Shown: one piece after another, positions 43,336-51,964 of the stretch
How the letters are laid out: each line of letters starts with the position of its first letter
How positions within the stretch are numbered: the stretch's first letter is position 1
DNA from: Actinomycetota bacterium
GTDB lineage: Bacteria; Actinomycetota; UBA4738; CALAEC01
Length of the DNA: 51,964 bases
Direction: 5' to 3'
Assembly: GCA_050693165.1 (NCBI GenBank)
Contig: JBOGVX010000120.1
Location: 1-51,964 of the forward strand
The notes under the pieces: model-generated
The model's database searches: none
Told to the model about the DNA's origin: nothing
What the model saw: the letters and a program-made list of their open reading frames with translations, nothing else
Made by a program: the position numbers and the translations under genes

Positions 43336-44439
43336 GTGAAGTTCAGGTGCGACCGGGACCTTCTGTCGGAGGCCCTCCAGACTGTGCAGCGTGGAGTCTC
43401 GACCAGACCTGGGATCCCGGCCCTGACGGGCGTCCTGATGACCATCGATGCCGAGGGACTGGCGCTAACCACGACGGACCTCGAGGTGACCACGGAGGTC
43501 CGCGTCCCGATCGAGGCCACCGAGGAGGGGGCCGCGCTCGTTCCCGCCCGCCTGATCGCCGACATGGTCAAGTCGTTGCCGCCGGACGCCGTGGACTTCG
43601 AGAGCGACGGCTCGCGGGCGAAGGTGATCTGTCGCAGCTTCGAGGGCACCCTCAGGTGCCTTGCCGCCGAGGACTTTCCCGCCGTCCGGGACGTGGAGGG
43701 GATCACCCTGAAGGTCGAGGCCCAGGCCTTCGCGGAGGGTGTCGGTCAGGTTGCGCGGGCGGCCTCGAAGGACGAGGCCAGGCCCGTCCTCACCGGCGTG
43801 CTGATGGAGGCGGGGAGGGAGGGGCTGACGATTATCGCCACCGACTCCTACAGGCTGGCCGTCCGTGAGTTCACAGCGTCGGCGGATGGCGAGGCCAAGG
43901 CCCTGGTGCCCGAGAGAGCTATATCGGAGGCCGGTCGAGCGGCCGCGGGCCAGGAGAAGGGCGAGGTCGAGCTGATCATCGGGGAGGCTCAGGTGGCCTT
44001 CAAGGTCGGAACCCTCCGGATGACGTCGAGGCTGATCGACGGCGAGTTCCCGAATTACCGGCAGCTGCTGCCAGAGCCGGCCGAGAACCGTCTTTCGGCA
44101 GGGCGGCAGGAGCTGCTCGAGGCCGTTCGCAGGGTGGGCCTGCTCGCGAGGGAGTCGTCACCGGTGCGGTTCGAGCTCAACGCTCTCGGAGTGCGGCTCA
44201 CATCTCAGTCCCCGGACCTCGGCGACGCGGTCGAGGCGGTCGAGGCAAAGTACGAGGGCGAGGAGCTTACGGCCGCGTTCAATCCCGGGTACCTCGGTGA
44301 CGGACTGTCGGCCGCGGTGTCCGATCGGATCACCCTCGAGCTGAGGGATGGGCTCAAGCCGGCGCTCGTTCGCAGTGAGGGGGACGACTCCTTCACGTAC
44401 CTCGTGATGCCGGTGAGGCTGCCGGCGCCGGTCGGCTAG
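43336..44439 (+). CDS. dnaN: DNA polymerase III beta sliding clamp
   Basis: MKFRCDRDLLSEALQTVQRGVSTRPGIPALTGVLM..., a three-domain length of 367 aa, and LIDGEFPNYRQLLP. The GTG start follows GGGGAGG. Confidence 0.95.
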   Translation: MKFRCDRDLLSEALQTVQRGVSTRPGIPALTGVLMTIDAEGLALTTTDLEVTTEVRVPIEATEEGAALVPARLIADMVKSLPPDAVDFESDGSRAKVICRSFEGTLRCLAAEDFPAVRDVEGITLKVEAQAFAEGVGQVARAASKDEARPVLTGVLMEAGREGLTIIATDSYRLAVREFTASADGEAKALVPERAISEAGRAAAGQEKGEVELIIGEAQVAFKVGTLRMTSRLIDGEFPNYRQLLPEPAENRLSAGRQELLEAVRRVGLLARESSPVRFELNALGVRLTSQSPDLGDAVEAVEAKYEGEELTAAFNPGYLGDGLSAAVSDRITLELRDGLKPALVRSEGDDSFTYLVMPVRLPAPVG

Positions 44440-44444
44440 GGCCG

Positions 44445-45524
44445 CTGAGGCTCCTCTGGCTGGAGGTTCGGGACTTCCGTAACCACACGGAGACCAAGCT
44501 TGATGCTCCAGAAGGGATCCAGGCCCTTGTCGGCCCGAACGCGCAGGGGAAGACGAACCTCCTCGAGGCGGCGCATTACCTGCTCACCCTTCGCTCGACA
44601 CGCGTCTCGTCGGATCAGCCGCTGGTGCGCGTGGGGGCCGAGAGCGCGTTCCTGCGAGGCGAGGTGGAGACGGCCGCCGGCCGAACCCTTGTCGAGGTCG
44701 AGGTTCGCTCATCCGGCGCCAACAGGATCCAGGTCAATCGGAGCGGGGTCCGCAGGAAGCGGGACCTGCGACAGCGGGTGCGTTCGGTGATGTTCATCCC
44801 CGAGGACGTCGCCGTGATCCAGGGCGGTCCCGAGGACCGCCGCCGTTTCATGGACGATGCCGTCGAGAGCTTGTGGCCGGTTGAGGAGGCCGCGCGAACG
44901 GCCTACGACAAGGCGCTGCGCCAGCGGAACCGGCTGTTGAAGGAGAACGAGGGTCCGGGCGCTCCGGCCGAGCTCGAGGCGTGGGACTCGGAGCTCGCCT
45001 CGCACGGCGCGGCCGTGACGGCGGCTCGCAGGAAGGCCCTTGCGTCGGTGGCTCCGAAGGCCGGAGACGAGTTCGAGCGCGTCTCCGGAGAACGGCTGCG
45101 CGTGGAATACCGGCCGTCGGTCGACGCCGAGGATGACCTCGAGTCCACGATGCTGAAGATGCTCGCCGAGCGTCGGGAGGACGAGCTCGTCCGGCGAACC
45201 ACGCTGGTAGGGCCGCATCGCGACGAGCTCGACATCGCGGTGGGGGAGATGAAAGCGCGCCGTTTCGCGTCGCACGGCGAGTCCCTGGCGGGCGCGCTGT
45301 GCCTGAGGCTCGGGATCTGGGGCGCGGTTTCGGCGGAGATACACGAGTCCGCCGTGCTTCTGCTCGACGACCCCTTCTCGGGACTCGACCCGGTGCGCCG
45401 GAAGAAGCTGGGTGACGGGCTCGCCTCGCGGGGCCAGGTGTTGATCTCGGTGCCCGATCGCGCCCAGGTTCCGGCGGGCGCGAGCGTCTGGGAAGTGGAG
45501 GGCGGACGTGCCAGCCCGGAGTGA
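44445..45524 (+). CDS. recF: DNA replication and repair protein RecF (apparent CTG start)
   Basis: The frame is open from 44379. LRLLWLEVRDFRNH...GPNAQGKTNLLEA (Walker A) lies upstream of the first canonical start (GTG 44625). There is no ATG, GTG or TTG between the in-frame TGA at 44376 and 44625. CTG 44445 gives an N-terminus colinear with E. coli MSLTRLLIRDFRNI. Confidence 0.85.
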   Translation: MRLLWLEVRDFRNHTETKLDAPEGIQALVGPNAQGKTNLLEAAHYLLTLRSTRVSSDQPLVRVGAESAFLRGEVETAAGRTLVEVEVRSSGANRIQVNRSGVRRKRDLRQRVRSVMFIPEDVAVIQGGPEDRRRFMDDAVESLWPVEEAARTAYDKALRQRNRLLKENEGPGAPAELEAWDSELASHGAAVTAARRKALASVAPKAGDEFERVSGERLRVEYRPSVDAEDDLESTMLKMLAERREDELVRRTTLVGPHRDELDIAVGEMKARRFASHGESLAGALCLRLGIWGAVSAEIHESAVLLLDDPFSGLDPVRRKKLGDGLASRGQVLISVPDRAQVPAGASVWEVEGGRASPE

Positions 45525-45831
45525 TGAGCCGGCCGGGATTGGCGCGGTGCTCCGGGGATTGCTCGGCGGTCCGAAGCTACGACAGGGCATGGCGCTGGGG
45601 CGTTTGTCGCGGGCCTGGAAGACGGTTGTCGGGGATGAGCTTGCCTCCCAGACCGAGCCCCTATCCCTCGATGAGTCCGGTTTGGTGGTCGGAGCGAGCA
45701 GTCCGGCGTGGGGTGCCCAGGTCCGTTTCCTGGCCGAAGACATCCGTCATCGAGCCTCCGAAGCGCTCGGCGGCGCGACAATCGGCCCGGTCCGCATTGT
45801 GGTCCGTGAACGAACGCAAAACCGCAGGTAA
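45508..45831 (+). CDS. DUF721 / DciA-like protein
   Basis: LSRAWKTVVGDELASQTEPLSLDESGLVVGASSPAWGAQVRFL matches the DUF721 pattern (W..VVG...A.HT.P..L..G.L.V...S.AWA). It sits between recF and gyrB, like Rv0004. GTG overlaps the recF end. Confidence 0.8.
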   Translation: MPARSDEPAGIGAVLRGLLGGPKLRQGMALGRLSRAWKTVVGDELASQTEPLSLDESGLVVGASSPAWGAQVRFLAEDIRHRASEALGGATIGPVRIVVRERTQNRR

Positions 45832-45967
45832 ACAGGCCTTTTTTGACCCTCTCGAGGTGACGAAGCAGGGCTCCCGAATGATAGAATCTGTAGTGCGAAC
45901 CGACCCCTTCCCGGCCCTCTGCGCGGCGTTGTGTCGGTGCGCCGTGGCAGGCTAAATCGGAGGTTCG

Positions 45968-47938
45968 TTGGCGAATAAGGTTTCCCCCAAGAAGACGACA
46001 GCCCGCAAGCCAGTTGCCGGTAAGAAGCCTCGTTACGAGGCCGCGGACATCTCGGTACTCGAAGGTCTCGAGGCCGTCCGGCGCAGGCCGGGCATGTACA
46101 TCGGCTCGACGGGACCGCGTGGTCTCCACCACCTGGTCTATGAGGTCGTCGACAACGCGATCGACGAGGCTCTCGCCGGGGCCGCCACCAAGATCCTCGT
46201 TCGGCTGCTCGCTGACGGCGGAGTGCAGGTCGTGGACGACGGCCGAGGCATCCCCGTCAAGCCCATCCCGAAGTCGAAGGACCGCAGGCCCGCCGTCACC
46301 GTCGTCCTGACCACGCTGCACGCCGGCGGGAAGTTCGACGGTAAGTCGTACGCGGTATCCGGAGGTCTGCACGGCGTCGGCGTGTCGGTGGTGAACGCGC
46401 TCGCGTCGAAGTTCGAGGTGCAGGTCGCGCGCGACGGAAACGTGTGGACGCAGGCGTTCTCGCGAGGCAAGCCCGTGAACAAGCTCACCAAGGGCGCCGT
46501 GAGCAAGAAGACCGGAACGGTTATCTCGTTCTGGCCCGACGCGGAGATCTTCGAGGAGTTGGAGTTCAAGCGCGAGACGCTCGCGGAGCGTCTTCAGGAG
46601 CTCGCGTTCCTTACGCGTGGTGTCGAGATCGCGTTCGTCGACGAGCGAGAGCGCCCCGAGTGGCGGCAGGTATACAAGGCCGCCGGCGGTCTCGCGGACT
46701 TCGTCAAGCACCTGAACAAGGGCAAGGACGTCCTCAACCAGCGCACCATCCACTTCGAAGCGAAGAAGGAAGAGACCGCCGAGGTCGAAGTGGCCATGCA
46801 GTGGAACACCGCGTATTCGGAATCCCTCTACTCGTTCGCCAACACGATCAACACCCACGAAGGCGGAACGCACGAGGAAGGTCTGAAGAAGGCCCTGACG
46901 AACGTCATCAACCGCTACGCGCGTGGCAAGAACCTCCTGAAGGAGAAGGACCCGAACCTCGAGGGCGATGACGTCCGCGAGGGCCTGACCGGCATCGTCT
47001 CCGTGAAGCTCAAGGAGCCTCAGTTCGAGGGTCAGACGAAGACCAAGCTCGGAAACACCGAGGTCCGCTCGTTCGTGGAGACCGCGGTGAACGAGCACCT
47101 GATGGACTGGCTGCAGGAGCACCCGGGCGACGGCAAGCGGATCGTCCAGAAGGGCTCCGAGGCCGCGAAGGCTCGCATGGCCGCGCGTCAGGCTCGCGAC
47201 CTCGCCAGGCGCAAGGGCCTGCTCGATTCCTCGCTCCCGGGCAAGCTCGCGGACTGCCAGCTCGAGGAGCCGGAGAAGACCGAGCTGTTCATCGTCGAGG
47301 GTGACTCGGCGGCCGGGCCGGCCATCCAGGCTCGCGACCCGGCGTACCAGGCCATCCTGCCGATCCGCGGGAAGATCCTGAACGTCGAGAAGGCGCGGCT
47401 GCATAAGATCCTCGAGAACAAGGAGATCCAGGCGCTCATTACCGCGATCGGGACCGGGATCGGCGAGGAGTTCGATGTGTCCAAGGCTCGTTACGGCAAG
47501 ATCGTGGCGCTGACCGATGCCGATGTCGACGGTGCGCACATCCGCACCCTCCTGCTGACGTTCCTGTTCCGGCACATGTACGAGCTGATCGAGCAGGGAC
47601 ACGTGTACATCGCCCAGCCGCCCCTATACCGGATCAACGTGGACGGGAAGCCCGCGTACCTGTGGAGCGACAAGGAGCTCGACGCGCACCGCAAGGAGAA
47701 CGGGAAGAACGGCAAGAAGGAGATGACCGTCCTGCGCTTCAAGGGACTGGGCGAGATGAATCCCGAGCAGCTCTGGGAGACCGCGATGAACCCGGAGCAA
47801 CGGACCCTTCTACAGGTCACGATGGAGGACGCCGCCGCCGCCGACCGGATCTTCAGCGTGCTGATGGGCGAGGACGTCGAGTCGCGCCGCGACTTCATCA
47901 AGGAGAACGCGAAGGACGTCCGCCTGATCGACGTATGA
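45968..47938 (+). CDS. gyrB: DNA gyrase subunit B
   Basis: VLEGLEAVRRRPGMYIGST, LHHLVYEVVDNAIDEA, the GGLHGVG block, the Toprim EGDSAGG and PLRGKILNVEKA-type motifs. The TTG start follows GGAGG. Confidence 0.95.
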   Translation: MANKVSPKKTTARKPVAGKKPRYEAADISVLEGLEAVRRRPGMYIGSTGPRGLHHLVYEVVDNAIDEALAGAATKILVRLLADGGVQVVDDGRGIPVKPIPKSKDRRPAVTVVLTTLHAGGKFDGKSYAVSGGLHGVGVSVVNALASKFEVQVARDGNVWTQAFSRGKPVNKLTKGAVSKKTGTVISFWPDAEIFEELEFKRETLAERLQELAFLTRGVEIAFVDERERPEWRQVYKAAGGLADFVKHLNKGKDVLNQRTIHFEAKKEETAEVEVAMQWNTAYSESLYSFANTINTHEGGTHEEGLKKALTNVINRYARGKNLLKEKDPNLEGDDVREGLTGIVSVKLKEPQFEGQTKTKLGNTEVRSFVETAVNEHLMDWLQEHPGDGKRIVQKGSEAAKARMAARQARDLARRKGLLDSSLPGKLADCQLEEPEKTELFIVEGDSAAGPAIQARDPAYQAILPIRGKILNVEKARLHKILENKEIQALITAIGTGIGEEFDVSKARYGKIVALTDADVDGAHIRTLLLTFLFRHMYELIEQGHVYIAQPPLYRINVDGKPAYLWSDKELDAHRKENGKNGKKEMTVLRFKGLGEMNPEQLWETAMNPEQRTLLQVTMEDAAAADRIFSVLMGEDVESRRDFIKENAKDVRLIDV

Positions 47939-47967
47939 GGACCCGCTAGACCAATGGGTAAGAGCCG

Positions 47968-50433
47968 ATGGCAGTAGAAGCACTACGTATCGAACCGATC
48001 GACATCGAGGAAGAGGTCAAGACCTCGTTCCTCGACTACGCGATGTCGGTCATCGTCTCGCGAGCGCTGCCCGATGTGCGCGACGGCCTGAAGCCGGTCC
48101 ACCGCCGGATCCTGTGGTCGATGCTCGAGCAAGGCATCAGGCCGGACCGGCCTACCAAGAAGTCCGCCCGCGTCGTCGGCGACGTCATGGGCAAGTACCA
48201 CCCTCACGGCGACCAGGCGATCTATGACGCCATGGTTCGGATGGCCCAGCCGTGGTCGCTCCGATACCCGCTGATCGACGGGCAGGGCAACTTCGGCTCG
48301 ATCGAGGGGCACCCGGCCGGCGCGCAGCGTTACACCGAGGCTCGCCTTGGCTCGATGGCGATGGAGCTGCTGCGTGACATCGGCGCGGAGACTGTCGACT
48401 TCATCCCGAACTACGACGGCGAGGAGCACGAGCCGGTCGTGCTGCCTGCGAGGTTCCCGAACCTCCTTGTCAACGGCTCGGCTGGGATCGCGGTCGGGAT
48501 GGCCACGAACATGCCACCCCACAACCTCAGCGAGATCATCGAGGCGGTTGTGGCCACGATCGACGAGCCGAACATCACCTTGCCGAAGCTTCTGAAGATC
48601 GTGAAGGGCCCGGACTTCCCAACCGGCGGCGTCGTGATGGGGAAGGACGGCATCAAGGAGTACCTCACTACGGGACGCGGCTCCGTCAAGATGCGCGGCC
48701 GGGTCACCATCGAGGAGGACTCGAAGGGGCGCCACAAGCTCGTCATCACCGAGGTCCCGTACCAGGTCAACCCCGCGCGGCTGGCCGAAAAGATCGCCGA
48801 GCTCGCGATGGCCCGGCGGCTACCCGAGATCGCCGCGAGCGCCAAGGGCATCCGCAACGAGTCCAGCAACAGGACCGGCATGCGGATCGTGGTCGAGCTG
48901 AGCCGCGGAGCGAACCCGCAGATGCTGCTGAACCGCCTGTACAAGATGACCCCGCTTCAGGAGAGCTTCGGGGTCATCAACCTCGCGCTCGTAGACAGCG
49001 TGCCGCGCACGCTGGGGCTCCTCGACCTCATCAAGCACTACATCGAGCACCAGGTCGAGGTCGTAACCCGTCGTACGAGGTTCGAGCTTCGCAAGGCGGA
49101 GGAGCGCGACCACATCGTCGAAGGCCTGCTGATCGCGCTCACGAACCTCGATGCGGTCATCAAGATAATCAGAGCGTCGGCGGACGCGGACGAAGCCCGC
49201 AAGAAGCTGATGTCCCGCTTCAAGCTCAGCGAGATCCAGGCGAACCACATCCTGGACATGCCGCTGCGCAGGCTCACCAAGCTCGAGCGCGAGAAGCTGG
49301 AGGAAGAGCACAAGGAGCTGCAGGCGACGATCAAGCGGCTGAAGGCGCTCCTGAAGGACCCGAAGAAGCTCCGCGCACTGATCAAGACCGAGCTCTTGGA
49401 GGTCAGGGACAAATTCGCCGACCCCCGCAAGACCGAGATCAAGGCCGACGAGGGGGAGATCGACCTCGAGGACCTCGTCACGGAGCAGGACGTGGTGATC
49501 ACCGTCTCCCGGACGGGCTACGTGAAGCGTCTCCCGGTGGACACGTATCGCCGGCAGGGGAGGGGCGGCAAGGGCGTGCGCGGCGCCAAGCTCAAGGAGG
49601 AGGACGTGATCGCGCAAGCGTTCACCACCACGACCCGGCACTGGCTGCTTTTCTTCACGAGCAGCGGGAAGGTCTACAGGGTCAAGGCTCACGAGATCCC
49701 GGAGGGCTCCAGAACCGCCCGCGGGACCTACGCGGCGAACCTCCCCGGCGTCTCGCTGACCAGCGACGAGAAGATCGCCGCGGTCATCCCGCTCAAGGCT
49801 TACGACGACGCGAAATACCTCATCTTCGCCACCAAGAACGGGATGGTGAAGAAGACCGCGCTCGCCGAGTACGACTCGCCCAGGACCGGGCTCGCCGCGA
49901 TCAACCTCAAGAAGAAGGACGAGCTGATCGGGGTCACCCTGACGAACGGCAAGGACGACGTGATCATGGTCTCTCGCGCGGGGCAGGCCGTGCGGTTCGC
50001 GGAGAAGCTCGCCCGGCCGATGGGCCGGCAGACGGCCGGTGTCATCGGGATGCGCCTCCGTCCGAAGGACGTGGTGATCTGGATGGGGCTGGCAAGCCAG
50101 GGCCAGGAGCTGGTGACGATCACCCAGGGCGGCTACGGGAAGCGAACCGACCTGAAGGAGTACCCCCGCAAGGGCCGAGGGATCCTGGGGGTCGTGACTC
50201 ACCGGCTCACCGACAAGACCGGCATGGTGGCGGGCGCGTTCGTGGGCTCGAAGGACCAGGACCTGTTCGTCATCTCGTCGACCGGCCTCGTCGTGCGCGT
50301 CAGTGCCGGCGACATCCGAAGGACGGGACGGCCCAGCCAGGGAGTCCGAGTGATGCGCTTCGATCGCAACGTCAAGGTCGCCGCCGTCGCCCCGGTCATC
50401 ATGCAGGTCGAGGCGGAACAGCCCGAGGCCTAG
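47968..50433 (+). CDS. gyrA: DNA gyrase subunit A
   Basis: [47 protein letters not shown] (the QRDR region), the active-site RYTEARL and the C-terminal beta-pinwheel repeats. No intein. Confidence 0.95.
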   Translation: MAVEALRIEPIDIEEEVKTSFLDYAMSVIVSRALPDVRDGLKPVHRRILWSMLEQGIRPDRPTKKSARVVGDVMGKYHPHGDQAIYDAMVRMAQPWSLRYPLIDGQGNFGSIEGHPAGAQRYTEARLGSMAMELLRDIGAETVDFIPNYDGEEHEPVVLPARFPNLLVNGSAGIAVGMATNMPPHNLSEIIEAVVATIDEPNITLPKLLKIVKGPDFPTGGVVMGKDGIKEYLTTGRGSVKMRGRVTIEEDSKGRHKLVITEVPYQVNPARLAEKIAELAMARRLPEIAASAKGIRNESSNRTGMRIVVELSRGANPQMLLNRLYKMTPLQESFGVINLALVDSVPRTLGLLDLIKHYIEHQVEVVTRRTRFELRKAEERDHIVEGLLIALTNLDAVIKIIRASADADEARKKLMSRFKLSEIQANHILDMPLRRLTKLEREKLEEEHKELQATIKRLKALLKDPKKLRALIKTELLEVRDKFADPRKTEIKADEGEIDLEDLVTEQDVVITVSRTGYVKRLPVDTYRRQGRGGKGVRGAKLKEEDVIAQAFTTTTRHWLLFFTSSGKVYRVKAHEIPEGSRTARGTYAANLPGVSLTSDEKIAAVIPLKAYDDAKYLIFATKNGMVKKTALAEYDSPRTGLAAINLKKKDELIGVTLTNGKDDVIMVSRAGQAVRFAEKLARPMGRQTAGVIGMRLRPKDVVIWMGLASQGQELVTITQGGYGKRTDLKEYPRKGRGILGVVTHRLTDKTGMVAGAFVGSKDQDLFVISSTGLVVRVSAGDIRRTGRPSQGVRVMRFDRNVKVAAVAPVIMQVEAEQPEA

Positions 50434-50492
50434 CCTCCTCGGGATGACGACCCCCGCCGCGCACGCCCTCCTGCGCGTGGCATGATTTCCGG

Positions 50493-50747
50493 ATGGATAA
50501 CGGAGGCTGGATCGTCGCCGTGAGTGCGAGCGCCGCCCTGGCAGCCGCCTTGGTCCTGCGATCGCGAGCACCCGGCCCGCTGGTGGTGGGCATCCTCGCT
50601 ATTGCGGGGGCTGGCCTCGGCTGGGGAGGCATGCTGATCCAGCCTGATCCTTCTGTGGGCGAGTTCGTCGCGGCCGTCGCGCTCCTCGCGGGGCTCGTGC
50701 CCGCGCACGTGCGTATCGTCCTCGGCCCGTTCGGGCCGCAGCGTTGA
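50493..50747 (+). CDS. small membrane protein (84 aa), function unknown
   Basis: Three hydrophobic segments. The stop overlaps the TTG start of the next gene (TTGA). Confidence 0.5.
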   Translation: MDNGGWIVAVSASAALAAALVLRSRAPGPLVVGILAIAGAGLGWGGMLIQPDPSVGEFVAAVALLAGLVPAHVRIVLGPFGPQR

Positions 50748-51157
50748 GCGCGCGTTTCGAGATCCTCGAGCACACCTCCGACGTCGGCCTCACGCTCCAG
50801 GCCGACACGCTGGAGGAGATCTTCCAGGCTGCGGGGGAGGGCCTCGCGACGCTCCAGGGCTCCTGGTTCCCGGGCGTGGGCGAGGAGCGCGAGATGGAGG
50901 TGAAGGCAGTCGACAACCCCGGCTTGCTGGTCGCCTGGATCAACGAGCTCCTCTACGTTCAGGATTCCGAGAACGCCGTGTTCGGTGGGTTCGCCGTGAA
51001 CAGCGTTTCGGACGGCTCGCTGAAGTCGGTCGTCAAGGTCGCCCCCCGCGCCGAGCACGAGCTCGACACCGTGGGCGTCAAGGCTGCCACCCATGACCGA
51101 CTCCGTCTGGAGCGGGGCAGTCGCGGCTGGACCGCCGATCTCTACCTGGACGTCTGA
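50744..51157 (+). CDS. archease-family protein
   Basis: FEILEHTSDVGL (the EHTAD-type N-terminal motif) and VKAATHDRLRLER...WTADLYLDV (the KA.T.H C-terminal motif). Length 137 aa. Confidence 0.78.
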   Translation: MSARFEILEHTSDVGLTLQADTLEEIFQAAGEGLATLQGSWFPGVGEEREMEVKAVDNPGLLVAWINELLYVQDSENAVFGGFAVNSVSDGSLKSVVKVAPRAEHELDTVGVKAATHDRLRLERGSRGWTADLYLDV

Positions 51158-51167
51158 CAAAGAACGA

Positions 51168-51205
51168 GCCCGGAGAGACGCCGGTAGCCCGGCGCTTCTC
51201 CGGGC
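51168..51205. terminator. compound GC-rich hairpin between convergent genes (candidate bidirectional terminator)
   Basis: GCCCGGAGA (51168-51176) pairs with TCTCCGGGC (51197-51205). An inner stem CGCCGG-tagc-CCGGCG is also present. The hairpin lies between the archease stop (51157) and the stop of the minus-strand gene (51225). Confidence 0.45.
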
Positions 51206-51224
51206 CCGCTGTGGGACCTTTATC

Positions 51225-51836
51225 TCAGAACGTGATCGTTCCCTTGTACGGCGCGCAGGGGTTCGGCCGGACCTCCGCCGGGAGGGCGCACAGGTCGACA
51301 GCGTGGAGCGTCGTGAAGTACGCGACCTCCACCAGCAGGTACTTGGTCGGCTCGGCGAGGGTCGTCTCGATCGAGAGCTGAACGAACTCGTCGGGGTCGA
51401 CGACATCCAGGTTGGCAGAAGCGCCGAGCTCGTCACCCTTGACGCTCCCGTTGGCGTTCGTGGCGTACACCGAGAAGTCGACGTCGGTGGCCGGGCTCTG
51501 GAGCGAGAAAGAGTCCAGCAGGATGCCCACGTTCTTCTTCACCTTGCCGTCGGCGTCACCGGCCGGCACGGGGTTCGTCAGCGAGACCAGTGCGTACTCG
51601 CACATCGCGCGCGGGTCATAGTCGAAGTCCCCGGGGTTCGTGACGTTACAGTGGCGGTTGTCGTCGACCAGACCGTTGTAGTTCGCGTTCAGGCCGAGGC
51701 GCGACGTCCCGTTCCAGGTCTTCGTCTCCCCGGCGTTCAGCGCCAGGTTGTGCGTGATCTCCGTCGCCTGCGCTTCGCCGGCGAAGAGCATCAGAGCGAG
51801 TGCGGTCGCTGCGACCACACGGATGGCGTTCTTCAT
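51225..51836 (-). CDS. secreted protein, function unknown
   Basis: The signal peptide is MKNAIRVVAATALALMLFAGEAQA. The mature protein is about 180 aa, looks beta-rich and has 4 Cys. Confidence 0.65.
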   Translation of the reverse strand: MKNAIRVVAATALALMLFAGEAQATEITHNLALNAGETKTWNGTSRLGLNANYNGLVDDNRHCNVTNPGDFDYDPRAMCEYALVSLTNPVPAGDADGKVKKNVGILLDSFSLQSPATDVDFSVYATNANGSVKGDELGASANLDVVDPDEFVQLSIETTLAEPTKYLLVEVAYFTTLHAVDLCALPAEVRPNPCAPYKGTITF

Positions 51837-51964
51837 ATGGGCCTCCTCTAAGGGGCGGTCGGGCAGTGCCCTTAAGAATTCGCCACGGATCGCCGGATTC
51901 CTGCCTGAGCGGGGTGGGCCCGATGAGCGGGCCCGAGCTCAGGAAATCGCCCGAGGGCTTAGTC

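Noticed and set aside
45521-45955. Alternative 144-aa ORF overlapping the DUF721 gene in another frame.
   Set aside because: The translation is Arg/Ser/Pro-rich without motifs. The 45508 frame carries the DUF721 pattern (W..VVG...T.P..L..G.L.V..SS.AW).
51904-51942. Long imperfect hairpin (CCTGAGC...GGGCCCG-atga-gCGGGCCC..GCTCAGG) upstream of the last gene, at the window edge.
   Set aside because: There is no U-tract on either strand and the flanking gene context is cut off by the window end. Terminator, attenuator and chance GC-rich pairing cannot be told apart.
1-51964. Searched for rRNA, tRNA, CRISPR arrays, IS elements/transposases, integrases, phage genes and toxin-antitoxin or known defence-system genes.
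   Set aside because: No cloverleaf-like sequences were seen in the short intergenic spacers. No direct-repeat/spacer arrays were found. No DDE, tyrosine or serine recombinase motifs were found in any credible ORF. The window appears to be core chromosome apart from the surface-protein loci.

Overview
High-GC (about two-thirds G+C) chromosomal window spanning the replication-origin neighbourhood of an actinobacterium-like genome. The right half has the classic ori-proximal order. On the minus strand: parB-parA-rsmG-jag-yidC-yidD-rnpA-rpmH. On the plus strand: dnaA-dnaN-recF-DUF721(DciA-like)-gyrB-gyrA. DnaA boxes lie in the rpmH/dnaA spacer. Upstream, 22.9-36.8 kb matches from memory the Mycobacterium tuberculosis Rv3907c-Rv3915 block: cca, NUDIX, a large secreted protein, murJ/mviN, ECF sigma plus anti-sigma, trxB, trx and cwlM. 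There are notable rearrangements: MurJ and its kinase module are separate genes, and an M23 peptidase sits between trxB and trx. The middle holds padR-ino1, an MFS transporter, Ni-superoxide dismutase sodN with its protease sodX, a KGG stress protein and an orphan pilT. The left 15 kb is the least ordinary part. It holds a five-gene, overlap-coupled cell-surface operon: a large Cys-pair-containing surface protein, a lipoprotein, an orphan LivK-like lipoprotein, and a PQQ-type beta-propeller ending in an LPAPG plus TM plus Arg-rich tail. The last gene is a sortase homolog whose catalytic Cys codon reads Ser. A Liv-type ABC importer with a LivM-LivG fusion follows, then a canonical class-E-like sortase with its own substrate. 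No rRNA, tRNA, CRISPR array, transposase or integrase was recognised. All calls come from reading the translations and motifs; no database search was run.
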